Source of the DNA: Thioalkalivibrio sp.
GTDB lineage: Bacteria > Pseudomonadota > Gammaproteobacteria > SpSt-1174
Assembly: GCA_011046015.1 (NCBI GenBank)
Contig: DSBO01000006.1
Coordinates: 1 to 41,628, forward strand
DNA length: 41,628 bases
Direction: 5' to 3'
Translations under genes and position numbers: made by a program
Shown here: piece after piece, positions 31,226-40,475 of the stretch
Numbering within the stretch: the first letter of the stretch is position 1
How the letters are laid out: the number at the start of each line of letters is the position of its first letter
The notes under the pieces: generated by a model
Told to the model about the DNA's origin: nothing
The model's database searches: none
What the model saw: only the letters and a program-made list of their open reading frames with translations

Positions 31226-31362
31226 ATTTGCCACAGAGGGCACAGGGCTCACAGAGAGGGACGAACGAGGCGTTGGCAAGCGATATACCCGGTTGTACTC
31301 GGATTCATGGCAACGGTGCATCCGGCTCAAGCTGCATTGCCCTGTGCCCACTGTGGCAAAAA
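31226..31362. repeat. MITE-like element (~137 bp), same family
   Basis: AATTTGCCACAGAGGGCACAGGG ... CCCTGTGCCCACTGTGGCAAAAA, with 21/22 complementary. It ends 5 nt before the exonuclease stop codon. Confidence 0.7.
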
Positions 31363-31367
31363 CCGCC

Positions 31368-32288
31368 TCATCCCCCGTGCAGCTCGTCGAGCAGGCGTTC
31401 CCAGCGTGCGCGACGTTCCGGGGACATGTCCAGCTCGTCGCAGATGGCGTCGAAGGCGCTCTGCTCGGGCGGCTGTGGCTCGAGCTTCAGGCCGGCGGGC
31501 AGGTCGGCCTCGAGGTGGATGCCGGTGAGCTGGCGGGCGATGCGGATGGTGTCCTGGTGTTCGTCGATGAGCCCCATCAGGCGTTTCGCGCCGCGCACCT
31601 TCATGTTGGCGATCTCGGGGATGCGGCTCAGCAGGACCTCGATGCTGTCGAACTTGCGCAGCAGGCTGGCGGCCGTGGCCATGCCCACGCCGGGCACGCC
31701 CGGGATGTTGTCCACCTTGTCGCCGGCGATGGCAAGCTGATCGGCGATCTGGTCGGGGCGCACGCCGAAGCGCTTCTGGATGCCTTTTGCATCCATGCGC
31801 TTGTCCTGGCCGAACTCCCACCACAGATCCCCCGCATGGATGAGCTGCGCGAGGTCCTTGTCGCCGGTGATGAGCACCAGCCGCCGGCCTTGCTCGCGCT
31901 CGATGCGCGCCAGGGTGCCGATGAGGTCGTCGGCCTCGAAACGGTCGCTGCCGAACTCGCTGATGCCGATACCGCGCAGGAAGCGGCGGGCGAGCTGGAA
32001 CTGGTGCTTGAGTTCGGGCGGTGCGCTTTCGCGGTTGGCCTTGTAGGCCGGGTAGATGGCGTTGCGGTGCGAGGTGGTCAGGCTCTCGTCGAAACCGAAG
32101 CCGATGCGTTCAGGGCGTTCCTGCTTCAGCAGCCTGAAGACGACATCGGAGAAGCCGAACACGGCATTGGCCGGATTGCCCTCGGCGTCGGTGATGGAGG
32201 CAGGCAGGGTGAACCAGGCGCGAAAGACGTAGATGCTGGAGTCGACCAGGTAGGTGGTATCGGGCATGGGGGTTGGGGGGTTGGGCAT
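31368..32288 (-). CDS. 5'-3' exonuclease / flap endonuclease (PIN-like plus H3TH domains)
   Basis: 306 aa with YLVDSSIYVFRAWF, YKANR, EADDLIGT, ITGDKDLAQL, GDKVDNIPGVPGVG. Confidence 0.85.
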   Translation of the reverse strand: MPNPPTPMPDTTYLVDSSIYVFRAWFTLPASITDAEGNPANAVFGFSDVVFRLLKQERPERIGFGFDESLTTSHRNAIYPAYKANRESAPPELKHQFQLARRFLRGIGISEFGSDRFEADDLIGTLARIEREQGRRLVLITGDKDLAQLIHAGDLWWEFGQDKRMDAKGIQKRFGVRPDQIADQLAIAGDKVDNIPGVPGVGMATAASLLRKFDSIEVLLSRIPEIANMKVRGAKRLMGLIDEHQDTIRIARQLTGIHLEADLPAGLKLEPQPPEQSAFDAICDELDMSPERRARWERLLDELHGG

Positions 32289-32310
32289 TAGGCGTTAGTG
32301 TATCGCCTCC

Positions 32311-32338
32311 CTTCACACTTCACACTTCACACTTCACA
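32311..32338. repeat. Heptanucleotide microsatellite (CTTCACA)x4
   Basis: Read directly: CTTCACACTTCACACTTCACACTTCACA, followed by degenerate CGCCTCA CCCCTCA. It lies between the mdh stop (32343) and the exonuclease start (32288). Confidence 0.85.
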
Positions 32339-32342
32339 CGCC

Positions 32343-33272
32343 TCACCCCTCACGCAGGCGCTCGATATCGGCGACCACGCCGGCCAGCGACTCGTCGAAC
32401 ATCTTGTGCTCCTCGTGGTTGAGCTCCAGCACGACGACTTCCTCCATGCCGTTCTTGCCGAGCACGCAGGGCACGCCCATGGCCACGTCGTCGGAGCCGT
32501 ACTCGCCATCGAGGATGGCGACGGTGGGCAGCACCTGGCGGCGGTTGCGCACGATGGCGTCGACCATCTCGGCGATCGCCGCGGCCGGGGCGTCGTAGGC
32601 GCTGGAGGTCTGCTTGAGGGCCAGGATCTCGGCACCGCCGTGGCGGGTGCGCTCGATGATGCGGTCGATCACCTCGCGGTCCAGGAAGTTCTCGATGGGG
32701 ATGCCGGCGATGGTGGTGTAGCGGATCAGCGGCACCATGGCATCACCATGGCCGCCGAGCACCATGGCGTGGATGTTCTTCACCGAGAGTCCGGTCTCGC
32801 TGGCGACGAAGTAGGCCATGCGCGAGGAGTCGAGTACGCCGGCCTGGCCGAACACCCGATGGCGCGGCCAGCCACTCTTCTGCCAGGCGCGGTAGGTGAG
32901 TACGTCGACGGGATTGGAGACCACCAGCACCATGGCGTCCGGGGCGTGTTTCACCACGTCGTCCATCACCTTGTCGATGATAGCGACGTTGGTGTCGAGC
33001 ACGTCCGAGCGCGACATGCCCGGCTTGCGCGGGATGCCGGCGGTGATGATCACCAGTCCCGAGCCGGCCATCGCCGCCCCGTCGGTGGAGCCCGACAGGC
33101 GCGTGTCGAAACCGAATAGCGGCGCCGTCTCCTGGATGTCCAGCGCCGCGCCCTGCGGCACGCCGTCCTTCACGTCGATGAGCACGATTTCGCGGCAGAG
33201 GTTTTCCCTGGCCAGGAACTGCGCGGTGGACTCGCCCACGCGGCCGGCGCCGACGATGCTGATCTTCTGCAT
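32343..33272 (-). CDS. mdh: Malate dehydrogenase (LDH-like type)
   Basis: 309 aa with ISIVGAGRVG. GIPRKPGMSRSD carries the Arg expected for malate specificity. Also NPVD and GGHGD. Confidence 0.9.
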   Translation of the reverse strand: MQKISIVGAGRVGESTAQFLARENLCREIVLIDVKDGVPQGAALDIQETAPLFGFDTRLSGSTDGAAMAGSGLVIITAGIPRKPGMSRSDVLDTNVAIIDKVMDDVVKHAPDAMVLVVSNPVDVLTYRAWQKSGWPRHRVFGQAGVLDSSRMAYFVASETGLSVKNIHAMVLGGHGDAMVPLIRYTTIAGIPIENFLDREVIDRIIERTRHGGAEILALKQTSSAYDAPAAAIAEMVDAIVRNRRQVLPTVAILDGEYGSDDVAMGVPCVLGKNGMEEVVVLELNHEEHKMFDESLAGVVADIERLREG

Positions 33273-33525
33273 GGTTCACTCCTTCCGTTGTTTGTTCTTT
33301 CCCTGAGTGTAGACAGTGGCGGCTGGGGCCGGCCGGCGCGCGAATCGAAACGGTGGAACAGCGGGCGGGGCATGACGACACCCGCTCGACGATTACGCAA
33401 TCCCGGTTTCCCGCGGAGCACGCAGGGGCGCTGGGAGAGGGCCGAAAGCGTTCCCGGGTTCTCTCAGCACCCCCCTGCCTCTTCGCGCGGGATGTCTCCA
33501 GGTCGGAGACCGCCGGTGGTGGACC

Positions 33526-34776
33526 TTAGCCCGGGTTCTTCGAGGCCTCGGCCAGCTCCAGGCGGGCCACGCCCGAATCGATGGCCGCCTGCGCGACCGC
33601 GGCCGGGATGCGCTCGGCCAGCCGCGGGTCCAGCGGCTTGGGGATGATGTAGTCGGGGCCGTATGCCAGCACATCGACCCCGTAGGCCTCGAGCACTTCC
33701 TGCGGCACGGGTTCGTGGGTGAGTTCGGCCAGGGCCCGGGTGCAGGCGACGAGCATGTCGGTGTTGATGGTGGTCGCGCGCACGTCGAGCGCGCCGCGGA
33801 AGATGTAGGGGAAGCCCAGCACGTTGTTGACCTGGTTCGGATAGTCGCTGCGGCCGGTGGCCATGACGAGGTCGTCGCGGGTCTTGAAGGCGAGCTCGGG
33901 CAGGATCTCCGGGTCCGGGTTGGACAGCGCGAAGACGACGGGCTTCTGCGCCATCGCGCGCAGCATGTCCTGGGTCAGGAGGTCGGGGCCGGAGACGCCG
34001 ATGAAGACATCGGCGTCGGTACAGGCGTCCATCAGGGTGCGCTTGTCGGTGGTGACGGCGAAGGCCTGCTTGTATTCGTTGAGGTCGTCGCGGCCGTCGT
34101 GGATCACGCCCTTGCGGTCGACCATGAAGAGGTTCTCGCGCCTCGCGCCCAGCGCCACCAGCAGGTTCATGGAGGCGATGCCGGCCGCGCCGGCCCCGAG
34201 GCAGACCACGCGGGCGTCTTCCAGGCGCTTGCCCTGCAGCTCCAGCGCGTTGAGCAGGCCGGCGGCGATGATCACGGCGGTGCCGTGCTGGTCGTCGTGG
34301 AAGACGGGGATGTCGAGCATCTCGCCCAGGCGGCGCTCGATCTCGAAGCAGCGCGGGGCCGCGATGTCCTCGAGGTTGATGCCGCCGAAGCCGGAGGCGA
34401 TGCGCGCGACGGTGTCGATGAAGTCGTCCGGGTTGTCGGCGTCCACCTCGATATCGAAGACATCGATGCCGCCGAACTTCTTGAACAGCACCCCCTTGCC
34501 TTCCATCACCGGCTTGCCGGCCAGCGCGCCGACGTTGCCCAGGCCGAGCACGGCGGTGCCGTCAGTGATGACGGCGACCAGGTTGCCCTTGGCGGTGTAG
34601 CGGTACGCATCCTCCGGGTGGTGGTGGATGCGGCGCACCGGCTCGGCGACGCCCGGGGTATAGGCGAGCGACAGGTCCCTCTGCGTGCGCGTCGGCTTGG
34701 TGATCTCGATGCCGATCTTGCCGGGGCGCGGCTCGGCGTGATAGCGCAATGCGGCTTCTTTGAGTTCGTCGCTCAT
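33526..34776 (-). CDS. NAD(P)-dependent malic enzyme (short form, no PTA domain)
   Basis: 416 aa with [48 protein letters not shown]. Confidence 0.95.
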   Translation of the reverse strand: MSDELKEAALRYHAEPRPGKIGIEITKPTRTQRDLSLAYTPGVAEPVRRIHHHPEDAYRYTAKGNLVAVITDGTAVLGLGNVGALAGKPVMEGKGVLFKKFGGIDVFDIEVDADNPDDFIDTVARIASGFGGINLEDIAAPRCFEIERRLGEMLDIPVFHDDQHGTAVIIAAGLLNALELQGKRLEDARVVCLGAGAAGIASMNLLVALGARRENLFMVDRKGVIHDGRDDLNEYKQAFAVTTDKRTLMDACTDADVFIGVSGPDLLTQDMLRAMAQKPVVFALSNPDPEILPELAFKTRDDLVMATGRSDYPNQVNNVLGFPYIFRGALDVRATTINTDMLVACTRALAELTHEPVPQEVLEAYGVDVLAYGPDYIIPKPLDPRLAERIPAAVAQAAIDSGVARLELAEASKNPG

Positions 34777-34803
34777 GGGTAACCTTCTGGTTGTCGGTCG
34801 CTG

Positions 34804-36261
34804 TTATTTGATGATCTTGATCCGCTGGCCGGGGGTGGGCTCCCCGTCCGGGTACATGCCGTTGAGCAGTCGCAGGATCTCTTCCGCGTGCTGGTTGAGG
34901 TCCGTGTCGCGGGCCAGGCGTGCGAAGGTGTCGCCGGCCTTCGCCGTGATGACATGGATGCGGCGGGACTCGGCCAGCGTCGCCTCGTCGGCGCGCAGGC
35001 TGCGGAAGCCCTCTATGGTAGCAAGGAACAGGGTGTCCTGCTGCGGGCGGACGCCGTCCGCCTTGCTCGCGGCCAGGAACAGGTACACGTTCTTGTCATG
35101 GACGATCACGGCGGTGCGCGTGGCGCGTTGGCCGAAGGGTGTATTGAGCGTCGCCAGTGCGGTGTAGCCGTCCATGCCGGGGATGTTCAGCGCGCGGCCC
35201 TCGCGCAGGCTGTTCGTCTTGAACTTCGACTCCAGCAGCTGGCGCGCCGTCAGGCGTTCGTTCAGTGGTTCCACCGTGAGCTGCAGCATGGCGCTGCCGT
35301 CGCGCGGCAGCGTCAGCAGCCGGTCGGGCTGGTTCTCCACGCGCCAGTCCTGCGGGAAGCGCAGGGTGATGCCGAGGTCCCGGTGGTAGAAATCGCGCCC
35401 GCGCAGCACGCCCTGCTTCTCGCCGGGCCCCCAGACCATGCCGTCGATCATGCCGAGATAGGTGTCGCGCCCCGCCGAGCGGGTGGCCGAACCCTTGAAG
35501 CGGTCAGCAGCGCGCACCACTTCCTGCAGGCGGGCGTCGTTGGCCGGGTGGGTGGCGAACACGCCATGGTAGATGCGCGGCTCACGGCCCTCCTCGGCGG
35601 CGCGCTGCTTCTCGAACTCCTCCTGATCCTTGAGGATGCCGACCACGCCGAGCATCTCCTGCGGGTCGTAGCCCACGCGCGCGAGGTACTCGGCGCCCAG
35701 GCGGTCGGCCTCCAGCTCGTGTTCGCGGCCATAGCCGCGGATGAGCGCCGTGCCGAGCATGTTGCTCAGGTCGCCCGCGGCCTGGCTGCCGGCGCGGGCG
35801 CTGATCACCGCGCCGAGGATGCCGGTGACGGTGGCCGCACTCTGCTGGCGCACCCCGTGGCGGGCGGTGACGTGACCGATCTCGTGGCCGAGTACGCCGG
35901 CCAGCTCGGCCTCGGAGTTCATGTAGGCCATGATGCCGCGCGTGATGTAGACGTAACCGCCGGGCAGGGCGAAGGCGTTGACGTCCTGCGAGTCCAGCAC
36001 GGTGAAGTGGAAGACCAGCTCGCTGCGGTGGCTGTTGCGCGCCAGCTCGTCGCCGATGCGGCTGACATAGGCCTGCAGGCGCGGATCCTCGTAGGTGGGG
36101 TGCTGCTGCAGGAGCTGTTGATGGTATTGGCGCCCGGTCGCGATCTCCTGGTCCTGGGTCATGAGGACGAAGTCCTGCCCGCCCGTGACCGGGTTGGTGG
36201 CGCAACCGGAGAGGGCGGCAAAGGCGAGGAGGAACAGGCTGGCTAGCAGTGTGCGTGACAT
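34804..36261 (-). CDS. M48-family zinc metalloprotease lipoprotein with a C-terminal LysM domain
   Basis: 485 aa. Lipobox ALSGC, HEIGHVTARH (HExxH), and a C-terminal LysM-like block HVITAKAGDTFARLA...GQRIKI. Confidence 0.9.
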   Translation of the reverse strand: MSRTLLASLFLLAFAALSGCATNPVTGGQDFVLMTQDQEIATGRQYHQQLLQQHPTYEDPRLQAYVSRIGDELARNSHRSELVFHFTVLDSQDVNAFALPGGYVYITRGIMAYMNSEAELAGVLGHEIGHVTARHGVRQQSAATVTGILGAVISARAGSQAAGDLSNMLGTALIRGYGREHELEADRLGAEYLARVGYDPQEMLGVVGILKDQEEFEKQRAAEEGREPRIYHGVFATHPANDARLQEVVRAADRFKGSATRSAGRDTYLGMIDGMVWGPGEKQGVLRGRDFYHRDLGITLRFPQDWRVENQPDRLLTLPRDGSAMLQLTVEPLNERLTARQLLESKFKTNSLREGRALNIPGMDGYTALATLNTPFGQRATRTAVIVHDKNVYLFLAASKADGVRPQQDTLFLATIEGFRSLRADEATLAESRRIHVITAKAGDTFARLARDTDLNQHAEEILRLLNGMYPDGEPTPGQRIKIIK

Positions 36262-36311
36262 GGCATCCCGATTTCCGTCTGGATCATGTCGGTAATTCTA
36301 GCCCGAAGCCT

Positions 36312-37118
36312 TCAGGAATTCGCGTCGGTGAGTACGGTGAGCGCGGCCGGGTGGCGCAGGGTGAGCATGCGGCTGCCGTCGCGGCGCGGGTGCAGCCACC
36401 CGCGTATTTCGATGCGCCGCCCGGTGAGGGCGTCCCAGTCCATGTCGCCGAAGTACGCGAGGTGTTCCTCGCCGATCTTTACGGCCACGCGCCCGTCGAG
36501 GTTGAGCCACAGGGTGTGGCGGCCGCGACCGATGCGTTCGACCGTGCCGCGCAGGATGTGGAAGCCCTCGGCCTTCGGCGGCAGGTCGATGGTCGGCCGC
36601 GCGGCGTAGGCCGGCAGCGACCAGATGCCGCGCCCGGCCCGGCGCGCCTGTGCCTCGGCGGCCGCGTAGCAGTTGGCCAGCGCCGTGTTGGGCGGGACGA
36701 CCAGGTGCGTGGCCAGCCCCTCTCGGAGCAGGGTCTCGGTGAGGTTGGTGCCGTCCGGCAGGGCGGGGTGGGCGAGCAGGCGGCCGTAACGGTCCTGGCG
36801 CTCGCGACCGAGCTGCAGGCGCAGGCGCCCGTCCTGGCTGTTGACCAGCTCGAGCAGGCGTTCGCGGGCGGCGCGGGCGTAGGGCTGGCTGGGGCGGCCG
36901 TCGCGGCCTATCTCGGGCGTGTCGAGGCCGATGAAGCGCAACCGTCGGCCGTCGGTGAGGCGCAGCGTGTCGCCGTCGTAGGCGTAGTCCGCGGTGGCCG
37001 ATTCGTCGATGCGCTCCAGCGTGCAGGCGGCCAGGGCCGGGATGGCGGGGAGCAGCCACCCGGCCACGAAAAAGGCGCCCACGAGGAGCGCCTTTCGCGT
37101 CGACCTGCCTCGCGGCAT
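36312..37118 (-). CDS. Thermonuclease (SNase-like) family protein with an extra ~100-aa C-terminal domain
   Basis: 268 aa. Signal/TM segment, then DGDTLRL...LRFIGLDTPE...DRYGRLLAH. Confidence 0.85.
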   Translation of the reverse strand: MPRGRSTRKALLVGAFFVAGWLLPAIPALAACTLERIDESATADYAYDGDTLRLTDGRRLRFIGLDTPEIGRDGRPSQPYARAARERLLELVNSQDGRLRLQLGRERQDRYGRLLAHPALPDGTNLTETLLREGLATHLVVPPNTALANCYAAAEAQARRAGRGIWSLPAYAARPTIDLPPKAEGFHILRGTVERIGRGRHTLWLNLDGRVAVKIGEEHLAYFGDMDWDALTGRRIEIRGWLHPRRDGSRMLTLRHPAALTVLTDANS

Positions 37119-37121
37119 GTC

Positions 37122-37328
37122 TTACTTCTGGCCGTAGCGGCGACGGAACTTGTCGACCTGACCCGCGGTGTCCATCAGCTTCTGCTTGCCGGTGTAGAAC
37201 GGGTGGCAAGCCGCGCAGACTTCAACCTGCATCTCGTCCTTGCCCATGGTCGAGCGGGTCTTGAAGCTGTTGCCGCAGCTGCAGACGACGTTGATTTCGG
37301 TGTACTCGGGATGAATCTCCGGTTTCAT
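37122..37328 (-). CDS. rpmE: 50S ribosomal protein L31 (Zn-ribbon type)
   Basis: Internal ATG of ORF 37122..37535. [27 protein letters not shown]...[14 protein letters not shown], 68 aa. Confidence 0.95.
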   Translation of the reverse strand: MKPEIHPEYTEINVVCSCGNSFKTRSTMGKDEMQVEVCAACHPFYTGKQKLMDTAGQVDKFRRRYGQK

Positions 37329-37461
37329 GGAACCGTCCTCGAAATATTCGGTGTAAATGCGCGGATCGAAAAGGATGGGCATGATACTGAAAGCGGGTCC
37401 TGTCGGCAAGCGGTAAATGTCGATTTTGCTGTAACTGCCTGTATGGTTTTGGGTTTCCGAG

Positions 37462-37496
37462 TTTTCCACAAAACCTGTGGATAACTTTGTGGACGA
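37462..37496. promoter_or_regulatory. Cluster of three DnaA boxes (copy 2): TTTTCCACA / TGTGGATAA / TGTGGACGA
   Basis: Orientation pattern and spacers (5 and 3 nt) are the same as at 5054-5088, with 1, 0 and 2 mismatches to TTATCCACA. It lies in the rpmE-rimO divergent spacer. Confidence 0.6.
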
Positions 37497-37746
37497 GGCG
37501 GGAGATTCGGGGCCGGCTTCGCGATATAGTTGCATTCCTGTTACATTGGTTACTTTTTAACCAGACAGTCAAGTTATTGATTTTAGGGAATAAAAGTTTT
37601 TTTACACAGGTCTGGCGTGCAAATTGCACTATTTGGTGCGCGCCAGCCGGGGCGCGCACGGATTATGTGCATAAAAAGTTCGCGCCGGGCCTTGAGAGGC
37701 ACTGCCGGATATGGTATCGAGGCGCTCCATTTTCAGGTAAATCCCC

Positions 37747-39072
37747 ATGACAGACACGCAACGCAAGGTCGGTTTCATCTCCCTGGGCTGCCCCAAGGCC
37801 CTGGTGGACTCCGAGCGCATCCTCACCCAGCTGCGCGCCGAGGGCTACGAGATCGCCCCGGATTACGACGGCGCCGATCTGGTGGTGGTCAATACCTGCG
37901 GCTTCATCGACGCCGCGGTGCAGGAGTCGCTGGACGCCATCGGCGAGGCCCTGGACGAGAACGGCAAGGTGATCGTCACCGGCTGCCTCGGGGCGGACGC
38001 CGGCAAGGTGCGCGCGGCGCACCCGAACGTGCTGGCCGTGACCGGGCCGCATGCCTATGAAGAGGTGATGGCGGCGGTGCACGACAACCTGCCGGCCCCG
38101 CACGACCCCTACACCGACCTGGTGCCGCCCGCCGGCATCAAGCTCACGCCACGCCACTACGCCTACCTGAAGATCTCCGAGGGCTGCAACCACCGCTGCA
38201 GCTTCTGCATCATCCCCAGCATGCGCGGCGACCTGGTCAGCCGCCCCGTCGGCGAGGTGATGCAGGAGGCCGAGAACCTGGTGGCCGCCGGGGTGAAGGA
38301 GCTGCTGGTGATCTCGCAGGACACCAGCGCCTACGGCGTGGACGTGAAGTACCGCACCGGCTTCTGGCAGGGGCGACCGCTCAAGACCCACATGCAGCAG
38401 CTGGCCGAGGCCCTGGGTTCGCTGGGCGTGTGGGTGCGCATGCACTACGTCTATCCCTACCCGCACGTGGACAAGCTCATCCCGCTGATGGCCGACGGCC
38501 TGGTGCTGCCCTACCTCGACGTGCCCCTGCAGCACGGTAGCCCGAGGATCCTCAAGGCCATGAAGCGCCCGGCCGCGGCGGAGAAGGCGCTGGAGCGCAT
38601 CGGCCGCTGGCGCGAGATCTGCCCGGACATCACCCTGCGCTCCACCTTCATCGTCGGCTTCCCGGGCGAGACCGAGGAGGACTTCGAGACCCTGCTCGAG
38701 TTCCTGGAGGAGGCCCGGCTCGACCGCGTCGGCGCCTTCGCCTACTCGCCGGTGGAGGGGGCGGCGGCCAATGCGCTCCCGGGGGCGGTGCCGGAGGAGG
38801 AAAAGCAGGAGCGCCTGGAGCGCTTCATGGAGCTGCAGGCCGCCATCAGCCAGGACCGCCTGGCCGAGCAGGTCGGCCGCCGCATCACCGTGCTGGTGGA
38901 CGAGCAGGACGCGCATGGCAGCATCGCCCGCGGGCCCGGTGACGCGCCGGAGATCGACGGCGTGGTCTACATCGAGGGCGCGTTCCTGGCGCCTGGCGAG
39001 TTCGTTGAGGTCGAGATCACCGGCAGCGGTGAGCACGACCTGTGGGCGCGGCCGCTGGAGGCCGCCCGGTGA
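37747..39072 (+). CDS. rimO: Ribosomal protein S12 methylthiotransferase RimO (radical SAM)
   Basis: 441 aa with [21 protein letters not shown], radical-SAM motif [11 protein letters not shown], and a C-terminal TRAM domain. Confidence 0.95.
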   Translation: MTDTQRKVGFISLGCPKALVDSERILTQLRAEGYEIAPDYDGADLVVVNTCGFIDAAVQESLDAIGEALDENGKVIVTGCLGADAGKVRAAHPNVLAVTGPHAYEEVMAAVHDNLPAPHDPYTDLVPPAGIKLTPRHYAYLKISEGCNHRCSFCIIPSMRGDLVSRPVGEVMQEAENLVAAGVKELLVISQDTSAYGVDVKYRTGFWQGRPLKTHMQQLAEALGSLGVWVRMHYVYPYPHVDKLIPLMADGLVLPYLDVPLQHGSPRILKAMKRPAAAEKALERIGRWREICPDITLRSTFIVGFPGETEEDFETLLEFLEEARLDRVGAFAYSPVEGAAANALPGAVPEEEKQERLERFMELQAAISQDRLAEQVGRRITVLVDEQDAHGSIARGPGDAPEIDGVVYIEGAFLAPGEFVEVEITGSGEHDLWARPLEAAR

Positions 39073-39368
39073 AGCGCGCCTTTATCGTCATCCTCCTGCT
39101 GCTGGCGGTGGTCCTCGCCACCCCGTTCTTCGCCCTGGGGCCCGCCGGCGGACCGCTGCTCGAGCCCTGGCACCTGACGCATCCAAAGGCGGCGCTCGAT
39201 CGCATCCGCGCCCGCCTGGGGGCCCACGAGACCATGATCTACAAGTGGCGCGACCCGGCCGGCGAGTGGGTGTACGGGGCAAGCCCGCCGCCCGGTGTCG
39301 AGGCCGAACCCATAGCGGTACACTCGGAGACCAACGTAGTACCTGCCACGCCGGCGCGCGCCGACTGA
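39069..39368 (+). CDS. DUF4124-like small exported protein
   Basis: The GTG start overlaps the rimO TGA (GTGA). One TM/signal segment, then [18 protein letters not shown], typical of DUF4124. The track ORF starts earlier, at 39042. Confidence 0.6.
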   Translation: MKRAFIVILLLLAVVLATPFFALGPAGGPLLEPWHLTHPKAALDRIRARLGAHETMIYKWRDPAGEWVYGASPPPGVEAEPIAVHSETNVVPATPARAD

Positions 39369-39453
39369 TGCCGCGATCCCTCGGCCCGCATATCTCGCCG
39401 GGCGGATACCGGTTGGTGCGTAACCGGCGGAGACATAAGGAAAGTACCTCGAA

Positions 39454-40098
39454 ATGGCGGTAAACCTCAGCATGACAGACCGTTCCCGCCGCTGTCCTGT
39501 CGCGGTGAGACATGCGGCTGGAACAACCTCCCCTGTCGCCAGGGCGCATCCCGGCGCCCTGTTCCTGCTGGTCGGCGGCCTGTGGCTGCTGGCCGTCCTG
39601 CTGCATTCCGGGCCGGCGCACGCGCAGGGGCCGGAGGCGCAGTCGCGCTTTACGGGGTCGGTGAGCGCGCTGCGCGAGCGCTGGCTGCCCGAGCTGACGG
39701 CGCAGCTCGCCGCGCTCAGGGCGGAATCGGGGGCGGGCATCGAGGCCGCGGGTGCGGCCGGGACCGTGGCCGACATGGAAGCCGGGCTCGAGACCATGGA
39801 TGCCGCCCTGCTGGAAACCGCGCAGGCCCTGGCTGCCCAGCGGCTGGTGCTGGCCGACGTAACCGGCCCGGCCGAGCGCTTCACCCGGGCGGCGGTGGCC
39901 TTCGGCGGCGCCACCGAGGTGCTGGTCGGCAAGGACCCGCGCCTCGAGCCCCTGCGGCTGGAGGATGCCGCCGCCCGTCGACGCCTGCTTGCCCTGGCCG
40001 AGGCCTACCGCGGCTTTTCCGCCGAGGTGTCGCGCCTGCTGGACGCCCTGCCCGATGCCATCGAGGCGCGTCACCGCCAGCTCAACCCCAACCCCTGA
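39454..40098 (+). CDS. Hypothetical Ala/Leu-rich secreted protein
   Basis: GC3-biased ORF with a signal-like segment LFLLVGGLWLLAVLLHSGPAHA/QG. No family recognised. The start is uncertain (39454, 39472, or GTG near 39505). Confidence 0.4.
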   Translation: MAVNLSMTDRSRRCPVAVRHAAGTTSPVARAHPGALFLLVGGLWLLAVLLHSGPAHAQGPEAQSRFTGSVSALRERWLPELTAQLAALRAESGAGIEAAGAAGTVADMEAGLETMDAALLETAQALAAQRLVLADVTGPAERFTRAAVAFGGATEVLVGKDPRLEPLRLEDAAARRRLLALAEAYRGFSAEVSRLLDALPDAIEARHRQLNPNP

Positions 40099-40114
40099 CC
40101 CCGGCGGGTCCGCT

Positions 40115-40366
40115 TCACTCGCGCCGCCAGATCAGTTCGCCATTCTTGTAGACCTCCCGTACCCGGTGGTAGGGGATGGCGTGCCGTTCGCCGTCCTCGT
40201 CGTACACCTCGAAGCGGAAATGGTCTTCCGGGTCATGGGCGACGTCGCGCAGGTTCACGTGCACCACCCGGTCGTTCACGTGATCGAGGTAACCGATGAC
40301 GAACTCGCCGCGGGCGAATTCCTCGTCCCAGCGGATGCGGTTGAGCAGTTCGTGGATGGGTTGCAT
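40115..40366 (-). CDS. DUF504 (MJ1316-type RNA 2',3'-cyclic-end recognition domain) protein
   Basis: Internal ATG of ORF 40115..40579 preceded by GGGAG. 83 aa: MQPIHELLNRIRWDEEF...IPYHRVREVYKNGELIW. The family call is from memory. Confidence 0.7.
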   Translation of the reverse strand: MQPIHELLNRIRWDEEFARGEFVIGYLDHVNDRVVHVNLRDVAHDPEDHFRFEVYDEDGERHAIPYHRVREVYKNGELIWRRE

Positions 40367-40475
40367 GCGGCTCCCTGTGCGTGATGTAGACTGACGTCGA
40401 GTCCCTGCCGGATGAGCGCAGCATAGGCCGGCGGGGGCCGCGGGCAAAGACCGGCCGGTCGGGAGGTCGCAGGGG

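Noticed and set aside
39088-40074. The minus-strand 328-aa ORF as the real gene, instead of the plus-strand ORF 39454..40098.
   Set aside because: The minus ORF is Arg/Gly/Pro-rich without features and overlaps the DUF4124 gene. The plus ORF has a signal-peptide-like start and GC3-biased codons. The plus-strand call itself remains low confidence.
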